Below, one piece after another: positions 1 to 11,715 of a stretch of 64,000 nt of DNA. Position 1 is the first letter of the stretch; every line of letters begins with the position of its first letter. Both the position numbers and the translations under genes were made by a program. The stretch covers positions 4,139,111 through 4,203,110 of the forward strand of contig NC_057757.1 in the NCBI RefSeq assembly GCF_004010195.1. The letters run 5' to 3'. The DNA is from Chiloscyllium plagiosum (Eukaryota). The notes beneath the pieces were generated by a model. That model was not told the DNA's origin. It saw nothing but the letters and a program-made list of their open reading frames with translations, and did not search any database.

Positions 1-329
1 GTGTGTGTGTGTAAGGAAAGACCTGAGTTGAAGAGACAAAGGACTAGAGAGAGGATGGAGTGATGTGGGGGAGGATAGAGAGAGAGAGAGAGAGAGAGAC
101 ACACACACACACGGTGGGGGGTCAGGGGGTGGTTTGGGGTTGGTGTTGGGGACTGTGGGGTGGGGCGGAGGGACAGAGACCCGAGAGTGCTTTTGCAGGA
201 AGGCTGCGGGTTTGTTTTGAAATACAGGCTGAGTGCTGCAGCCAGATTGCAGGGTCTAATATTGCTGCAGTTCTTGGGAGCTGGGGGGAGGGCGCAGATT
301 CCAGAGTCTGTGAAACATTGAAGAAACAC

Positions 330-407
330 AAACCGTCCTGTTCCCCCCCTTCTCGCAACATTGCCCGATCCTCTGAGAGTGAACACACATACATCTGAGG
401 GACCCCG
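330..407 (+). other. Possible non-coding first exon of the Ig V-set gene (start undefined)
   Basis: Strong donor CCG|GTGAGT at 407/408; the exon at 1348 has an acceptor before its ATG, so an upstream exon is needed. Confidence 0.35.
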
Positions 408-599
408 GTGAGTGAGTGATCGAGTGATCTCTGTCTATTCCGCAGCACTGCAGTCCCATTAATATCAACACCACTACTTTGCAATGCCAGAGCAAGCCAG
501 GAATATGTTTCAGCAAAAGATAAACTCAGTCACTCCCTCCTGCCCAATCATTCCCTGGCTATCGGCCTTTCCAATGTCAGTTCCCTGTTTTAAGCTGAA

Positions 600-1223
600 A
601 TTAAAGCTCCCTCTGTACTGTCCTCCATCAAACACTCCCAAAACAGCGGCAGCACGGGGTTAGATACAGAGTAAAGCTCCCTCTCCACTGTCTCCCCAAT
701 CAAACATTCCCAGGACAGGGACAGCACGGGGTTAGATACAGAGTAAAACTGCTTCTACATTATCCCCATCCCAGGATATGGACAGCACAGGGTTAGCTAC
801 AGAGTAAAGCTTCCTCTACATTGTCCCCCATCAAACACTCCCAGGACAAGGACAGCACCATGGTTAGATACAGAGTAAAGCTCCCTCTACACTGTCCCCC
901 ATCAAACACTCCCAAGACAAGCACAGCACATGGTTAGATACAGAGTAAAGCTTCCTCTACACTGTCCCCATCCCAGGACAGGGACAGCACGGGGTTAGAT
1001 ACAGAGTAAAGCTCATTCTACACTGTCCCCATCAAACACTCCCAAGACAGGGACAACATGGGGTTAGATACAGAGTAAAGCTCTCTCTACACTGTCCCCT
1101 ATCAAACACTCCCAGGACAGGGACAGCATGGGGTTAAATACAGAGTAAAGGTCCCTCTACACTGTCCCCCATCAAACACTCCCGGGACAGGGACAACATG
1201 GGGTTAAATACAGAGTAAAGCTC
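600..1223. repeat. Minisatellite, ~70-bp unit (some ~60-bp variants), ~9-10 copies
   Basis: Head-to-tail repeats of ACAGAGTAAAGCTCCCTCTACACTGTCCCCCATCAAACACTCCCAGGACAGGGACAGCACGGGGTTAGAT with no unique spacers. Confidence 0.9.
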
Positions 1224-1362
1224 ATGAACACACCCTGCCCTCCCAATCAGGCAGTCTGAGCAATCTTCATGTTGTCAATGTTGGTACCTCCCCACGATCT
1301 GTCGATTGGAATTGCATTGAACTGTCGCCAGTGTCTGTCTCCACCAGGTTGGACTCATCAGA

Positions 1363-1426
1363 ATGGCCTTGCAGAGGCTCTCGCTCCTCCTCCTGCTGAT
1401 GACAGTTGCTCTGTGCTGGGCAAAGG
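1363..1426 (+). CDS. Ig V-set gene, signal-peptide exon (MALQRLSLLLLLMTVALCWAK)
   Basis: Acceptor ccaccag| at 1347, ATG at 1363, hydrophobic leader, donor AAGG|GTAAGT at 1426/1427 (phase 1) matching the next exon. Confidence 0.85.
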
Positions 1427-2804
1427 GTAAGTGTTTCATTGCTGGCCCTCCCTGCTGCCCTGCTCAGTCAAAGCCTGGCATGTTCGGACATGCACTGTTG
1501 TTCGTTGCACCATAAGGATAAGCAGGTGTCGGAAGTTATTGAACGTGCGCCCCTTTGAACAGGTCATGATTGATCTGATCGTGCTTTCATTCCAACCTAC
1601 TGCTGAACCATATTATCCATCACTCTCTCAAAATCCAACTGATGCAGTGTCACTGCTACATTGAATGGGCATGCTATAGAGGTACAGTAACCACAGCCAT
1701 GTTCCTCCAAATACAGAGGACCCTCGGTTATCCGAACAAGATGGGTGGGCAATATTTCATTCAGATAATTGATTATTCGGTTAATTGATTTAATGCCTCT
1801 CCTCTGAGGCTTGGAATTTTTTGTCCTCGCTCTGCCTGCCTTGCTCCCTCTCTCTGTCTCAGGGTTTGTTTCTGAGCAGACACACACGTGTGTGTAAGGG
1901 ACCAGCAGCATTGCTGAAGCCTCCCACTGCACCCCCCATCAGTTCAATGGGATTGTCACAGCGAGCACTTGCTCAGTCCGCTCCATGTTCAGGAGACGAG
2001 GCAGCAGCACATCGCACGCGAGCCCTCACTCCCATCCTGTGCCCCCCCAACATCGTCCCCTGTCCACCCCTCTCTGCTCCCCCCAAACTCACCCCCATCC
2101 ATCTCCCCCCATCTGCTTCCCCCAACCCCGGTCCCCATCCACCCCCTCCCACTGAACACCCTCCCACCCCTTACCCAATCCCCCTCTGGGGCAGCCCGGT
2201 CTGGACAACAACAGTAAGACAGCTGCTGCCTTTTGGGGGTGAGTCTCAAGATAACACACACACAGGCACAATATACGTGTGTGAGCACACACAGACACAC
2301 ACACAGGCACAATACACACGTGTGCGCGCACACACACGCACACACGCAGACACAGACACACACACACACAACTTTTTACTGCAACATTTTGACAGGCTCC
2401 ACCTTTGCCCTGTACAGGACAATGTTGGAGAGATTTTCTGGGAAAGGGGGGGGTTTAGGGTTCACTCCTGTGTAGAGCTCCAGGGAAAGTGTCGGGATGG
2501 GGGGAGGGGGTCAGAGAGAGAGTGGGAGGTCAGTCATTTGGATATGGTGCCTGGGCTCCCATCGACGTCCAGGACTGTTCTCAGCAGCATTTCAGTAAGC
2601 TGGGTTCATTGTTAATCACTGTAAACAAAAGATGAGAACACTGTTAAAACATCTCTTTGATGTAATGTTTCTATTGGGATCTTGAGATCTTCTTTGGATA
2701 TTCCAAAATTCAGATAATCGAGGTTCCTCTGTATTTCCCACCCCATAAAACAAACCCTGCATATCCTATCCTTTGCATCAACGACTCCTTCCCCAGTTAC
2801 TGGG

Positions 2805-3000
2805 GGTTAGGTGAATTAGTTTGGCCAAGTCACCAATCCTGTACATCTTTGAACTGTGGGAGGAAACCAGAATCTCTGAAGGGAACCCACACAGATATGG
2901 GGAGAACATGCAAACTCCACACAGTGTGCCTGAGGATGGAATTGACCCTGGGTCCCTGGTGTTGTGAAGCAACAGTGCTAGCCACTGAGCCACCGTGTCA
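2805..3000 (-). mobile_element. HE1-type tRNA-derived SINE fragment
   Basis: Reverse complement of the SINE head GTGGCTCAGTGGCTAGCACTG...GGGTCAATTCC...GTGTGGAGTTTGCA, also found at 63232. Confidence 0.75.
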
Positions 3001-3809
3001 CTCCTGTTGTTTGTGGGATGGGGGAGTGGGGAGCAGTAAATTCTTGTTGACATGGTGCCAATCAAGCAGGCTGCTTTGTCCTGGATGGTGTTGTTGGAGC
3101 TGCCCCCATACTCACATTCCTGACCTGTGCCTTGTCGAAGGTGGACAGGCTTTGGGGAGTCAGGAGATGAGTTACTCACTACAGGATTCCAAGCCCCTGA
3201 CCTGCTCTTGAAGCCGTTATATTTATGTGGCAAGTCTAGTTGAGTTTCTGGTCAGTGGTAACTCCAATGATGTTGATAGTTGGGGATTCAGTGAAGGTAA
3301 CAAAGTTGAATGTCAAGGAGCAGTGGTTAGATTGTCTCTTATTGGAGATGGTCGTAGACTGGCATTTGTGTGGCACGAATGTCACTTGTCACCCCAAGCT
3401 TGGAAATTGTGCAGATCTTGTTGCATTTAGATATGGACTGTTTCAGTGTCTCAAGAGTCGCAAATGGTGCTGAACATTGTGCAATCATCAGTGAAAATCC
3501 CTTGTGAAGGTGGGAAGGTCATTGATGAGGCACCTGAAGATGGTTGGGCCTAAAACACTACCCTGAGGAGCCAGGAGTCTTGTGGCTCATTGGTAGCATC
3601 CCTATCTCACAGCCAGGAATTAGTTCAAGTCCCACCTGCTCCAGAGGTGTGTCATAACATATACGAGCAGGTAATGAAATATGTTTACTCTGAGGAGCTC
3701 CTCCAGAGATCGCCTGGAACTGAGATGACTGACCTCCCCCCCCCCAACAATCACAACCATCTTCCCTGTGCTAAGTAGTCTACCAAATGAGGATGGGGTC
3801 AGGGATAGC

Positions 3810-4142
3810 TAGGTCATATTGTCCACAACTAATGGAAATGATTTGGATGTGAACATAAGAGGTATGGTTCGTAAGTTTGCAGATGACACCAAAGTTGTTG
3901 GTGTGGTGGACAACGAAGAAGATTACCTCAGAGTACAATGGGACTTTGATCAGATGGGCCAATGGGCTGAGGAGTGGTAGATGGAGTTTAATTTAGATAA
4001 GTGTGAGGTGCTGCATTTTGGAAAGGCAAATCAGGGCAAGACTTAATGGTAGGATCCTAGGGAATGTTGTTGAACCAAGAGACAGGTTCATAGTTCCTTG
4101 AAAGTAGAGTCACAGGTAGATAGGATAATGAAGAAAGCATTT
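3810..4142 (+). mobile_element. CR1 LINE RT fragment
   Basis: Encodes KFADDTK and degenerate downstream CR1 ORF2 sequence. Confidence 0.8.
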
Positions 4143-4179
4143 GAGGACTCCCAGGCCAACTCCCTCCCAACTGTATCCT

Positions 4180-4655
4180 ATTGTGCTCACTAAGCTGATC
4201 AGTTTGTTTTCAGATGTTTCGTCACCATGGTAGGAAACATCATCAGTGAGCCTCTGGTGAAGCACTGATGTTCTGTCCCGCTTTCTATTTCTGTGTCTTG
4301 GTCTGTTAAGATGGGTGACATCAGCGGTTGGTAAATGGGGTCCAAATTGATGTGTTAATTTTCAACTGAGACAACACATCCAGCCTGGGACAGGCTAAGC
4401 AGCGACACACACAGGAATTCCCAGAGACCTGGCACTCAAACCGGAACTCCATCAATCAACGCATCGATTTGGACCCCATTTGCCAACCTCTGAGAAAAAG
4501 AACCGTAAATGATATCATCCATCAATACACATAAATAGGAAGCAGGACAGAACACCAGCACTTCACACGAGGCTGACTGATGACGTTACCTAGCATGGTA
4601 ATGGACCATCTGAAGACAAACCCACCAGCTCAGCAAGCAAACTTACAACTTGAAC
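4180..4655. mobile_element. Penelope-like 3' end/pLTR fragments in inverted arrangement
   Basis: 4180-4340 and 4440-4640 are reverse complements of each other and match the termini of the GIY-YIG element at 48209-48910. Confidence 0.7.
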
Positions 4656-5964
4656 CTGTGAGTATGACTGTGTCAGGCTGTTGCTTGACTAGTCTGTGAG
4701 GCAGCTCTCCCCATTTGGCACTAGACCCCAATAATAGGGAGGACTTTGCAGGGTCGGTGGGACTGTTTCTGCTTTTGTCTTTTCTGGTGCCTAGGGTCAG
4801 TGCTTGGTCAGTTTCATTCCCTTTCCGAGACTTTATGACCAAAACTGAGTTGGCCATTTCAGAGGGCAGCTAAGAGGCGATCGCATTGGCTGTTTGGAGC
4901 CACGTGTAGGCCAGACTGGGTAAGGATGGCAGATTTCCTTCCCTGAGGAGCATTCATGAACAGAATGAGTTTATTCATCAAACAACAATGGTTCGCCAGC
5001 CAAGTGTTAATATGCGAGGGAGAGTGCATTTGAATGTGTGTGAGAGTGTTAATAATTTCTCACATCTCACTGGGATAGCCAGCTGGAAATGAAACTTTGG
5101 TATTCCAGATTTGTCACAAAAGTTAGTCCTTTTTAAATAAAATTCACAAAGTTCTCAAATTTACCTGACTTTCAGACCCAGTTAAATAGATTCGGTTTCT
5201 ATGAGCAAACTAGAATTACTGTTTAGTGTCAGTAAGTAGATTTTAGCTACAGGTAAAGAGTTATAGACTGTCAGGATTATATAAACTATATACAATTATT
5301 GTGAATGACATAACAATACCAATTAAACCTATAATAAATCCCTCCTTTCACACACAGACACACTGACAGACACACGCAAATGCATACACACACACACATG
5401 TGCACGCACATACACAGACACACACACGCAGACACACACACGCACACAAACACACAAATGCATAGACACGCGCACACACACACATGGTAAATTAGGTTAG
5501 GATAGAGGTGAAAGACTAAAAGGACAGTTCAGTCATCGCTGTTCCAAGTTCTATTGTTGAGATGATCTTTCTAACTCTTCTGCTGGCTAGCATAGTACTT
5601 TAGTCATCTTTCTCTGGATGCTTCCAGTAATCCATAAGAGATATAGACTGACCTGTTCACTCGTAAAGAGCCTGTGACTTATCAGGTAAAAGTCACAGCT
5701 CTCAGTTACTATGGCAGGGGAAAGAAAGCCAATTTTTGTTCAGTTACGCAGTGCCTTTTTACTGCAGAGAACAGAAAGACTGCTCCTGAGCTGGAATGAT
5801 ATGAACACTTCCACCTCTCTCTCTCTGTAACTTATTCCCAGCTAAAAGTTGCTCATTTACTGGCGAACCCAATCGCACAGCGTAAGCAGACAGAAATATC
5901 TCTGTCATCGATAACTATCCCCCAGTCCTGAGATGGTTCAGTACATTGTTGCCAAGCAAATTGA

Positions 5965-6370
5965 GTCATACAGCACAGAAACAGACCCTTCGATTCAAAC
6001 CATCCATGCCGACCAGATTCTAAATTAATCCAGTTCCATTTGCCAGCGCTTGGCCCATGTCCCTCTAAACCCTTCCTATTCGTATACCCATCCAGGTGCC
6101 TTTTAAATGTTGTAATTGTGCCAGCCTCCACCATTTCCTCTGGCAGCTCGTTCCATATATGCACCACCCTCTGCAGGTAAAAGTTGCCCCGTAGGTCTCT
6201 TTTGGATCTTTCCCCTGTCACCTTAAACCTCTGCCCTCTAGTTTTGGACTCGGCAACATTGGGGAAAAGACCTTGTCTATTCACCCTATCCATGCCCCTC
6301 AAGAGTTTATAAACTTCCATAAAATCACGCCTCAGCCTCTAACACTCCAGGAAAAACAACCCCAGCCTAT
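5965..6370 (-). mobile_element. CR1 LINE 3' end
   Basis: Translates to the CR1 ORF2 C-terminus (EVYK..RG.DRV..GLFP...WNELP..TFKRHLD) plus 3' UTR. Confidence 0.9.
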
Positions 6371-6372
6371 CC

Positions 6373-7105
6373 TGTCTGTGTGGAATTTGCACATTCTCCC
6401 GTGTCTGCCTGAGTTTCTTCTGGATGCTCTGGCTTCCTCCCACAATTCAAAGATGTACAAATAAGATGAATGGGGTGGCACAGTGACTCAGTGGGTAGCA
6501 CTGCCGCCTTACAGCGTTAGGGACCCAGCTTCAATTCCAGTTTCAGGTGACTGTCTGTGTGGAGTTTGCACATTCTCCCCATGTCTACGTGGATGGATAA
6601 GGTAAACAGACAAGGTCATTTTCCCTGAGGTGGGGGAGTCTAGAACGAGAGGGCATAGGTTCAGGGTGAGAGGGGAAAGGATATAAAAGGGACCTAAGGG
6701 GCAACTTCTTCACACAGAGGGTGGTGCGTGTATGGAATGAGCTGCCAGAGGATGTGGTGGAGGCTGGTACAATGACAACATTTAAAAGGCATCTGGATGG
6801 GTATATGAATAGGAAGGGTTTAGAGGGATATGGGCCAAGTGCTGGCAAATGGAACAAGATTAGGTTAGGATATCTGGTCAGCATTGGACTGAAGGGTCTG
6901 TTTCCGTGCTGTACATCTCTATGTGCAGGTTAGGGTGAATCAGCCATGCTGAATAGTGTTCAGGGGTGTGTAGGTATGGTGTACTAGTCAGGGGGAATGT
7001 AGAGTAATTGGGGAGGGGAATGGGTCTGGGTGGGTTACTCTTCGGAGGGTCCATGTGGACATGTTGGGCTGAAGGGCCTGTTTCCACACTATAGGAATTG
7101 TATGA
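6373..7105 (+). mobile_element. HE1-type SINE(s) interrupted by a CR1 3' fragment (~6594-6922)
   Basis: SINE head at ~6475, CR1 C-terminus nested, SINE body and tail resume at ~6922. Confidence 0.8.
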
Positions 7106-7230
7106 TTCTATCCGTCCCCTCTCTATAACTCAAACCCTCCAGACCCCGGCAGCATCCTGTCCGAACCCTTTCAGCTTGTTTGCTTCTGAGAACCGCGAGT
7201 GCCTTCATTTTAAATTCTGCTTCTGCCCAG

Positions 7231-7599
7231 TGCCACTGAGCTGCACTCCAAGGGTCGAAGAGCTGACCGCGAGTGTCGGAGGGACGGTGACGATGCCGTG
7301 TGCCTTCAATTGGACGGGTTCGGCGCCCGAGACGCGGCGGGCACTGTGGCAGAAGAAGGCCGAGCACGGCAGCCCGCTGGTGGTCCACGTGTATGAGATG
7401 AACAGGGAGAACATGGGCCAGGACAGAGAGTTTGCAGGGCGCACCTCGCTGTTGGCCAATTGGTTCGAGGCGAAAGACGTGTCGCTGCGCCTCACCCACC
7501 TCTCACTCAACGACACCGGGGATTACGAGTGCCACGTGATCACGCAGAGGCCCCCTGCTTCCAGCGTCTGCACTGACGTCAAGCTGACCGTCACTCCAG
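7231..7599 (+). CDS. Ig V-set domain exon, butyrophilin/MOG/B7-like
   Basis: Acceptor ttctgcccag|, donor CAG|GTGAGC, 369 nt, phase 1-1. Motifs VTMPC (B-strand Cys), LWQK (C-strand Trp), VVHVY, FAGRTSL, DVSLRL, DTGDYEC; sequons NWT and NDT. Confidence 0.92.
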
Positions 7600-7724
7600 G
7601 TGAGCAATTTCCCCTGGCTGCTCGACTGCAAGGGGCATCACCGGGTTTCTCTTCCCCACCGGAGAAAGGGAATCTCCCACCAGCTGGGACGGAAAGGTGA
7701 ACGATGCCGAGGGATGGCAAATAA

Positions 7725-9270
7725 GATTTCCAAGGATGGTGCCAGGGTTGGAGGGTTTGAACTAAAGGGAGAGGCTGAATAAGCTGTGGCTATTTTCCCT
7801 GGAGCGTCGGAGGCTGAGGGGTGACCTTACAGAGGTTTATAAAATCATGGGGGGGCATGGTCTTTTCCCTGGGGTGGGGCTCCAGAACTAGAGGGCATAA
7901 GTTTACGGTGAGAGAGGAAAGATAGAAAAGGGACATAAGGGTTAACTTTCTCACACAGAGGGCGGTGCGTGTATGGAATGAGCTGCCAGAGGAAGTGGTG
8001 GAGGCTGGTACAATTCCAACATTTAAAGGGCACCTGGATGGGTATATGAATAGGAGGGGTTAAGAGGGATATGAGCCAAGTGCTGGCAAATGGGACTAGA
8101 TTAGGTTGGGATGTCTGGTCAGCATGGATGAGTTGGACCGAAGGGTCTGAACTTACAGAATACTGGACAGAACGGACATTGGGAAGATTTTCCATTGGCA
8201 GGAGGACCCGAGGGCGCATCCTTAAAGTAAAGGGAAGGCCCTTTAGGAGGGCAGTCAGAGGAAACTTCGTCAGCCAGAGAGTGGTGAATCTATGGGATTC
8301 ATTGCCACAGAAGGCTGTGTAGGTCAGGTTATTGAGTGTACTTAAGATGGAGAAAGATAAGTTCTTGAATATCAAAGGGATTAAGGGTTATGGGGAGAAA
8401 GCGGGAGATTGGGGTTGAGGAACGTATCAGCCATGATTGAATGGCAGAGCAGACCGAATGGGCTGAATGGCCTAATTTCTGCTCCTACGTCTTACGGTCT
8501 AAACGGGGTTGAATTCAGACGTTGCATTTTAGTGAGAAAAACCAGGGCAGGACTTACTCAGTGCCCTGGGTTGTGCCGTTGAACAGGGAGACCTAGGTGT
8601 GCAGGTACATGGTACCGTGAAAGTGGCATCACAAATAGGCAGAGGAGTGAAGAGGGCATTTAGCATGCTTACCATCATCAGTCAGAGCATTGAGTACAGG
8701 AGTTGGGAACACTATGGAAGACATTGGTGAGGCCACATTTGGAGCACTTCATAGCACCCCCTTCACCCTGCTATAAGCAGGCTATTATTAAACATCAAAA
8801 GGGGGAATAAAAAGCATTTACAAGGATATTACCAAGACTGGGGGGCTTTGAGTTATAAGGAAAGACTGGGACATCTTTCACTGAAGCATCAGAGGCTGAG
8901 GGGAAACCTTATAGAGGCTTATAAAATCATGAGGGGCAAGAATAGGGTGAAAAGCCAAGGTCTTTTCCCCACGGTAGGGGATTTCAAAACTAGAGGCCGT
9001 AGGTTTAAGATGAGAGGAGAAAAATTAAAAGGACCCGAGGGGCAGGTTTTTCATGGAGAGGATGCTGTGTGTATGGAACGAGCTGCCAAAGGAATTGGTG
9101 GAGGCAGGTACAATTACAACATTTAAAGGGCATCTGGATGGGTAGATGAATAGGAAGGGTTTAGAGGGATATGGGCCAAATGCTGGCAAATGGGACTAGT
9201 TCAACCGGGACTAGGAATCCCAGTTGGCATGGAGGAATTGGGCCGAAGGGTCTGTTTCCATGCCCTCTGA
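7725..9270 (+). mobile_element. Stack of CR1 LINE 3' fragments (at least 3)
   Basis: Repeated CR1 ORF2 C-terminal motifs (RRLRGDL.EVYKIM, WNELP, LWDSLPQKAV) and 3' UTRs. Confidence 0.85.
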
Positions 9271-10457
9271 CTCTCAGCAGGGACTGAGCTACCTCTGAGA
9301 GCTTCACTGATAGTTGAAGGTGCCGCTCTTCTCTCTCTCTCTCTCTGTCTCTCTCTGTCTCTCTCCTTCTCTCTATCCATCTCTTGTCAGTCAATCCTAC
9401 TTCCTCCCAGCATTTCTCTTTCTCTTGCTTTCTGTCCTTCTATTATCCCCTTTCCTTCTCTCTTTCTCTCTGCCCATCTCCTCTTTCATTCTCCTTTCTG
9501 TCTGCATTTTTCCCTCCCTCCATTTTCTCCCTGTGTACTTCCTCATTCGCTCTCTTCCAGTCTTCCTGCTTCGCTTCCACCATTGTTTTCCAACCTTCTG
9601 TTTCTTCCTTTATCCANNNNNNNNNNNNNNNNNNNNNNNNNNNNNNNNNNNNNNNNNNNNNNNNNNNNNNNNNNNNNNNNNNNNNNNNNNNNNNNNNNNN
9701 NNNNNNNNNNNNNNNNNNNNNNNNNNNNNNNNNNNNNNNNNNNNNNNNNNNNNNNNNNNNNNNNNNNNNNNNNNNNNNNNNNNNNNNNNNNNNNNNNNNN
9801 NNNNNNNNNNNNNNNNNNNNNNNNNNNNNNNNNNNNNNNNNNNNNNNNNNNNNNNNNNNNNNNNNNNNNNNNNNNNNNNNNNNNNNNNNNNNNNNNNNNN
9901 NNNNNNNNNNNNNNNNNNNNNNNNNNNNNNNNNNNNNNNNNNNNNNNNNNNNNNNNNNNNNNNNNNNNNNNNNNNNNNNNNNNNNNNNNNNNNNNNNNNN
10001 NNNNNNNNNNNNNNNNNNNNNNNNNNNNNNNNNNNNNNNNNNNNNNNNNNNNNNNNNNNNNNNNNNNNNNNNNNNNNNNNNNNNNNNNNNNNNNNNNNNN
10101 NNNNNNNNNNNNNNNNNNNNNNNNNNNNNNNNNNNNNNNNNNNNNNNNNNNNNNNNNNNNNNNNNNNNNNNNNNNNNNNNNNNNNNNNNNNNNNNNNNNN
10201 NNNNNNNNNNNNNNNNNNNNNNNNNNNNNNNNNNNNNNNNNNNNNNNNNNNNNNNNNNNNNNNNNNNNNNNNNNNNNNNNNNNNNNNNNNNNNNNNNNNN
10301 NNNNNNNNNNNNNNNNNNNNNNNNNNNNNNNNNGGGGTGCTGCTATGAAGGATGCTGTTCGATGGGGTGGGTTTACGTGGGAAGGGGAAGAGGGTGAGGG
10401 TTGAGACCAGAAACTAATAAATCCCTTTGGGTTTTTTCATGTGGGGTGTTTTCACAG

Positions 10458-10531
10458 ACGCAGCTGAAGCTACAACAATACCCAGCATTCTTCTGCTGAT
10501 GGGATTGGCCCTTGTTCCTCTGTTCAGTTGA
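10458..10531 (+). CDS. Ig V-set gene terminal coding exon: hydrophobic C-terminus, predicted GPI-anchor signal
   Basis: Acceptor gttttcacag| at 10457; phase-1 splice gives DAAEATTIPSILLLMGLALVPLFS* (TGA 10529-10531); a further donor CAG|GTCAGT at 10551/10552. Confidence 0.7.
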
Positions 10532-11379
10532 TTGGATTCCCTATGCACCAGGTCAGTAACAGCAAGAAACATTATCATTATCCCCCTCCTCTCCCTATCC
10601 CTCTCCTCTGAGTAACCGCCATCCTGTGTAATCCCTTTTATTGACTTGTGGGATGTAGTCATCACTGGCTGGGCCCAGCATTTATTGCCCTTTGTGAAAG
10701 TGGGGGTGAGTTGCTTTCTTGAATCACTGCAGCCCCACGTGGTGTAGGGACACCCACACAGCGCCATTAGGGAGGGAGCTCCGGGATTCTGACCCAGCGA
10801 CATTGAAGGAACATTTTCAAGTCGGGATGGTGAAGGGGTCAGAGGGGATCTTGCAGGGGGTGGTGTTCCCTTGTATCTGCTGCCCTTGTCCTTCCAGATG
10901 GAAGTGGTCATGAGTTTGGAAAGTGCTGTGTGAGGATCTTGGGTGAAGTTATGCAGTGCATCTTGTAGATGGGACACACTGCTGCTACTGAGCGTCAGTG
11001 TTGGAGGGGATGGATGTGGTGCCAATCAAGTGGGGGGGCTGCTTTGTCCCTGGATGGTGTTGAGTTTCTCGAGGGTTGTTGGAACTGCTCCCAGCAAGTG
11101 GGGAGTATTCCTTCACTTAAAGACTTGCGCATTGTCGATGGTGGACAGGCTTTGGGTTGTTAGGAGCTGGGTTACTCACCACACTATTCCTAACCTCTGA
11201 CCTGCTCTTGGACTCACTGTGTGTATGCAGTGAGTCCAGTTCAGTTTCTGGTCAATTGTAACCCCAAGGATGTTGATATTGGGAGTGGGGGCAGGGGGTT
11301 CAGTAACGGTAACACTATTGAATGTTAAGAGGCAGTGGTTAGATTGTCTCTTGATGGTCTTTGCCTGGCATTCAGAGAC

Positions 11380-11715
11380 TTAGTGGCCGAGTGGTAATTT
11401 CGCTGGACTGTTAATCCTGATACTCAGGCAATGTTCTGAAGACTTGCGTTTGAATCCCACCACGGCAAATGGTGGAATTTGAATTCAGTAAAAGTCTGGA
11501 ATTAACAGTCTAATATTGTTAACAGTCCAATTGATTGTTTGGGGTGGATGGGGGCACCTATCAGGTTAACTAATGCCCTTTAGGGAAGGAAACTGCCATC
11601 CTTACCTGTCTGGCCTGGATGTGACTCCAGACCCACAGCCCAATGTGGTTGACCCTCAACTGCCCTCTGGGTAATAAATGCTGGGCCTGTCCAGCAATGT
11701 CCACCTCTTGTGACT
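11380..11715 (+). mobile_element. DeuSINE-like (SacSINE1-type) element; related copies at ~4850-4975, 10640-10830, 50850-51130, 53100-53300, 58870-59140 (all -)
   Basis: Deu-domain-like core TTTAGGGAAGGAAACTGCCATCCTTACC..TGTGACTCCAGACCCACAGC..TGTGGTTGAC..AATAAATGCTGG. Confidence 0.6.

Noticed and set aside
600-1223. Regular repeat array resembling CRISPR
   Set aside because: Units are contiguous with no unique spacers, the context is eukaryotic and there are no cas genes; it is a minisatellite.
1821-2615. 264-aa Pro/His-Thr-rich ORF; similar ORFs at 12887-13641 and 50995-51597
   Set aside because: Translations of C-rich tracts, microsatellites and tandem repeats.
4990-5869. Short inverted termini GGTTCGCCAG...CTGGCGAACC; other LTR-like blocks at ~54359-54750 and ~55180-55806
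   Set aside because: No convincing TSD or second copy in the window, so the class cannot be supported.
7098-7700. 200-aa ORF as a complete gene; identity as THY1 or CD83
   Set aside because: The ORF ends are intronic. The Cys spacing, conserved C-strand Trp and VVHVY/GRTSL motifs fit BTN/B7-type V domains rather than THY1 or CD83, so no symbol was assigned.
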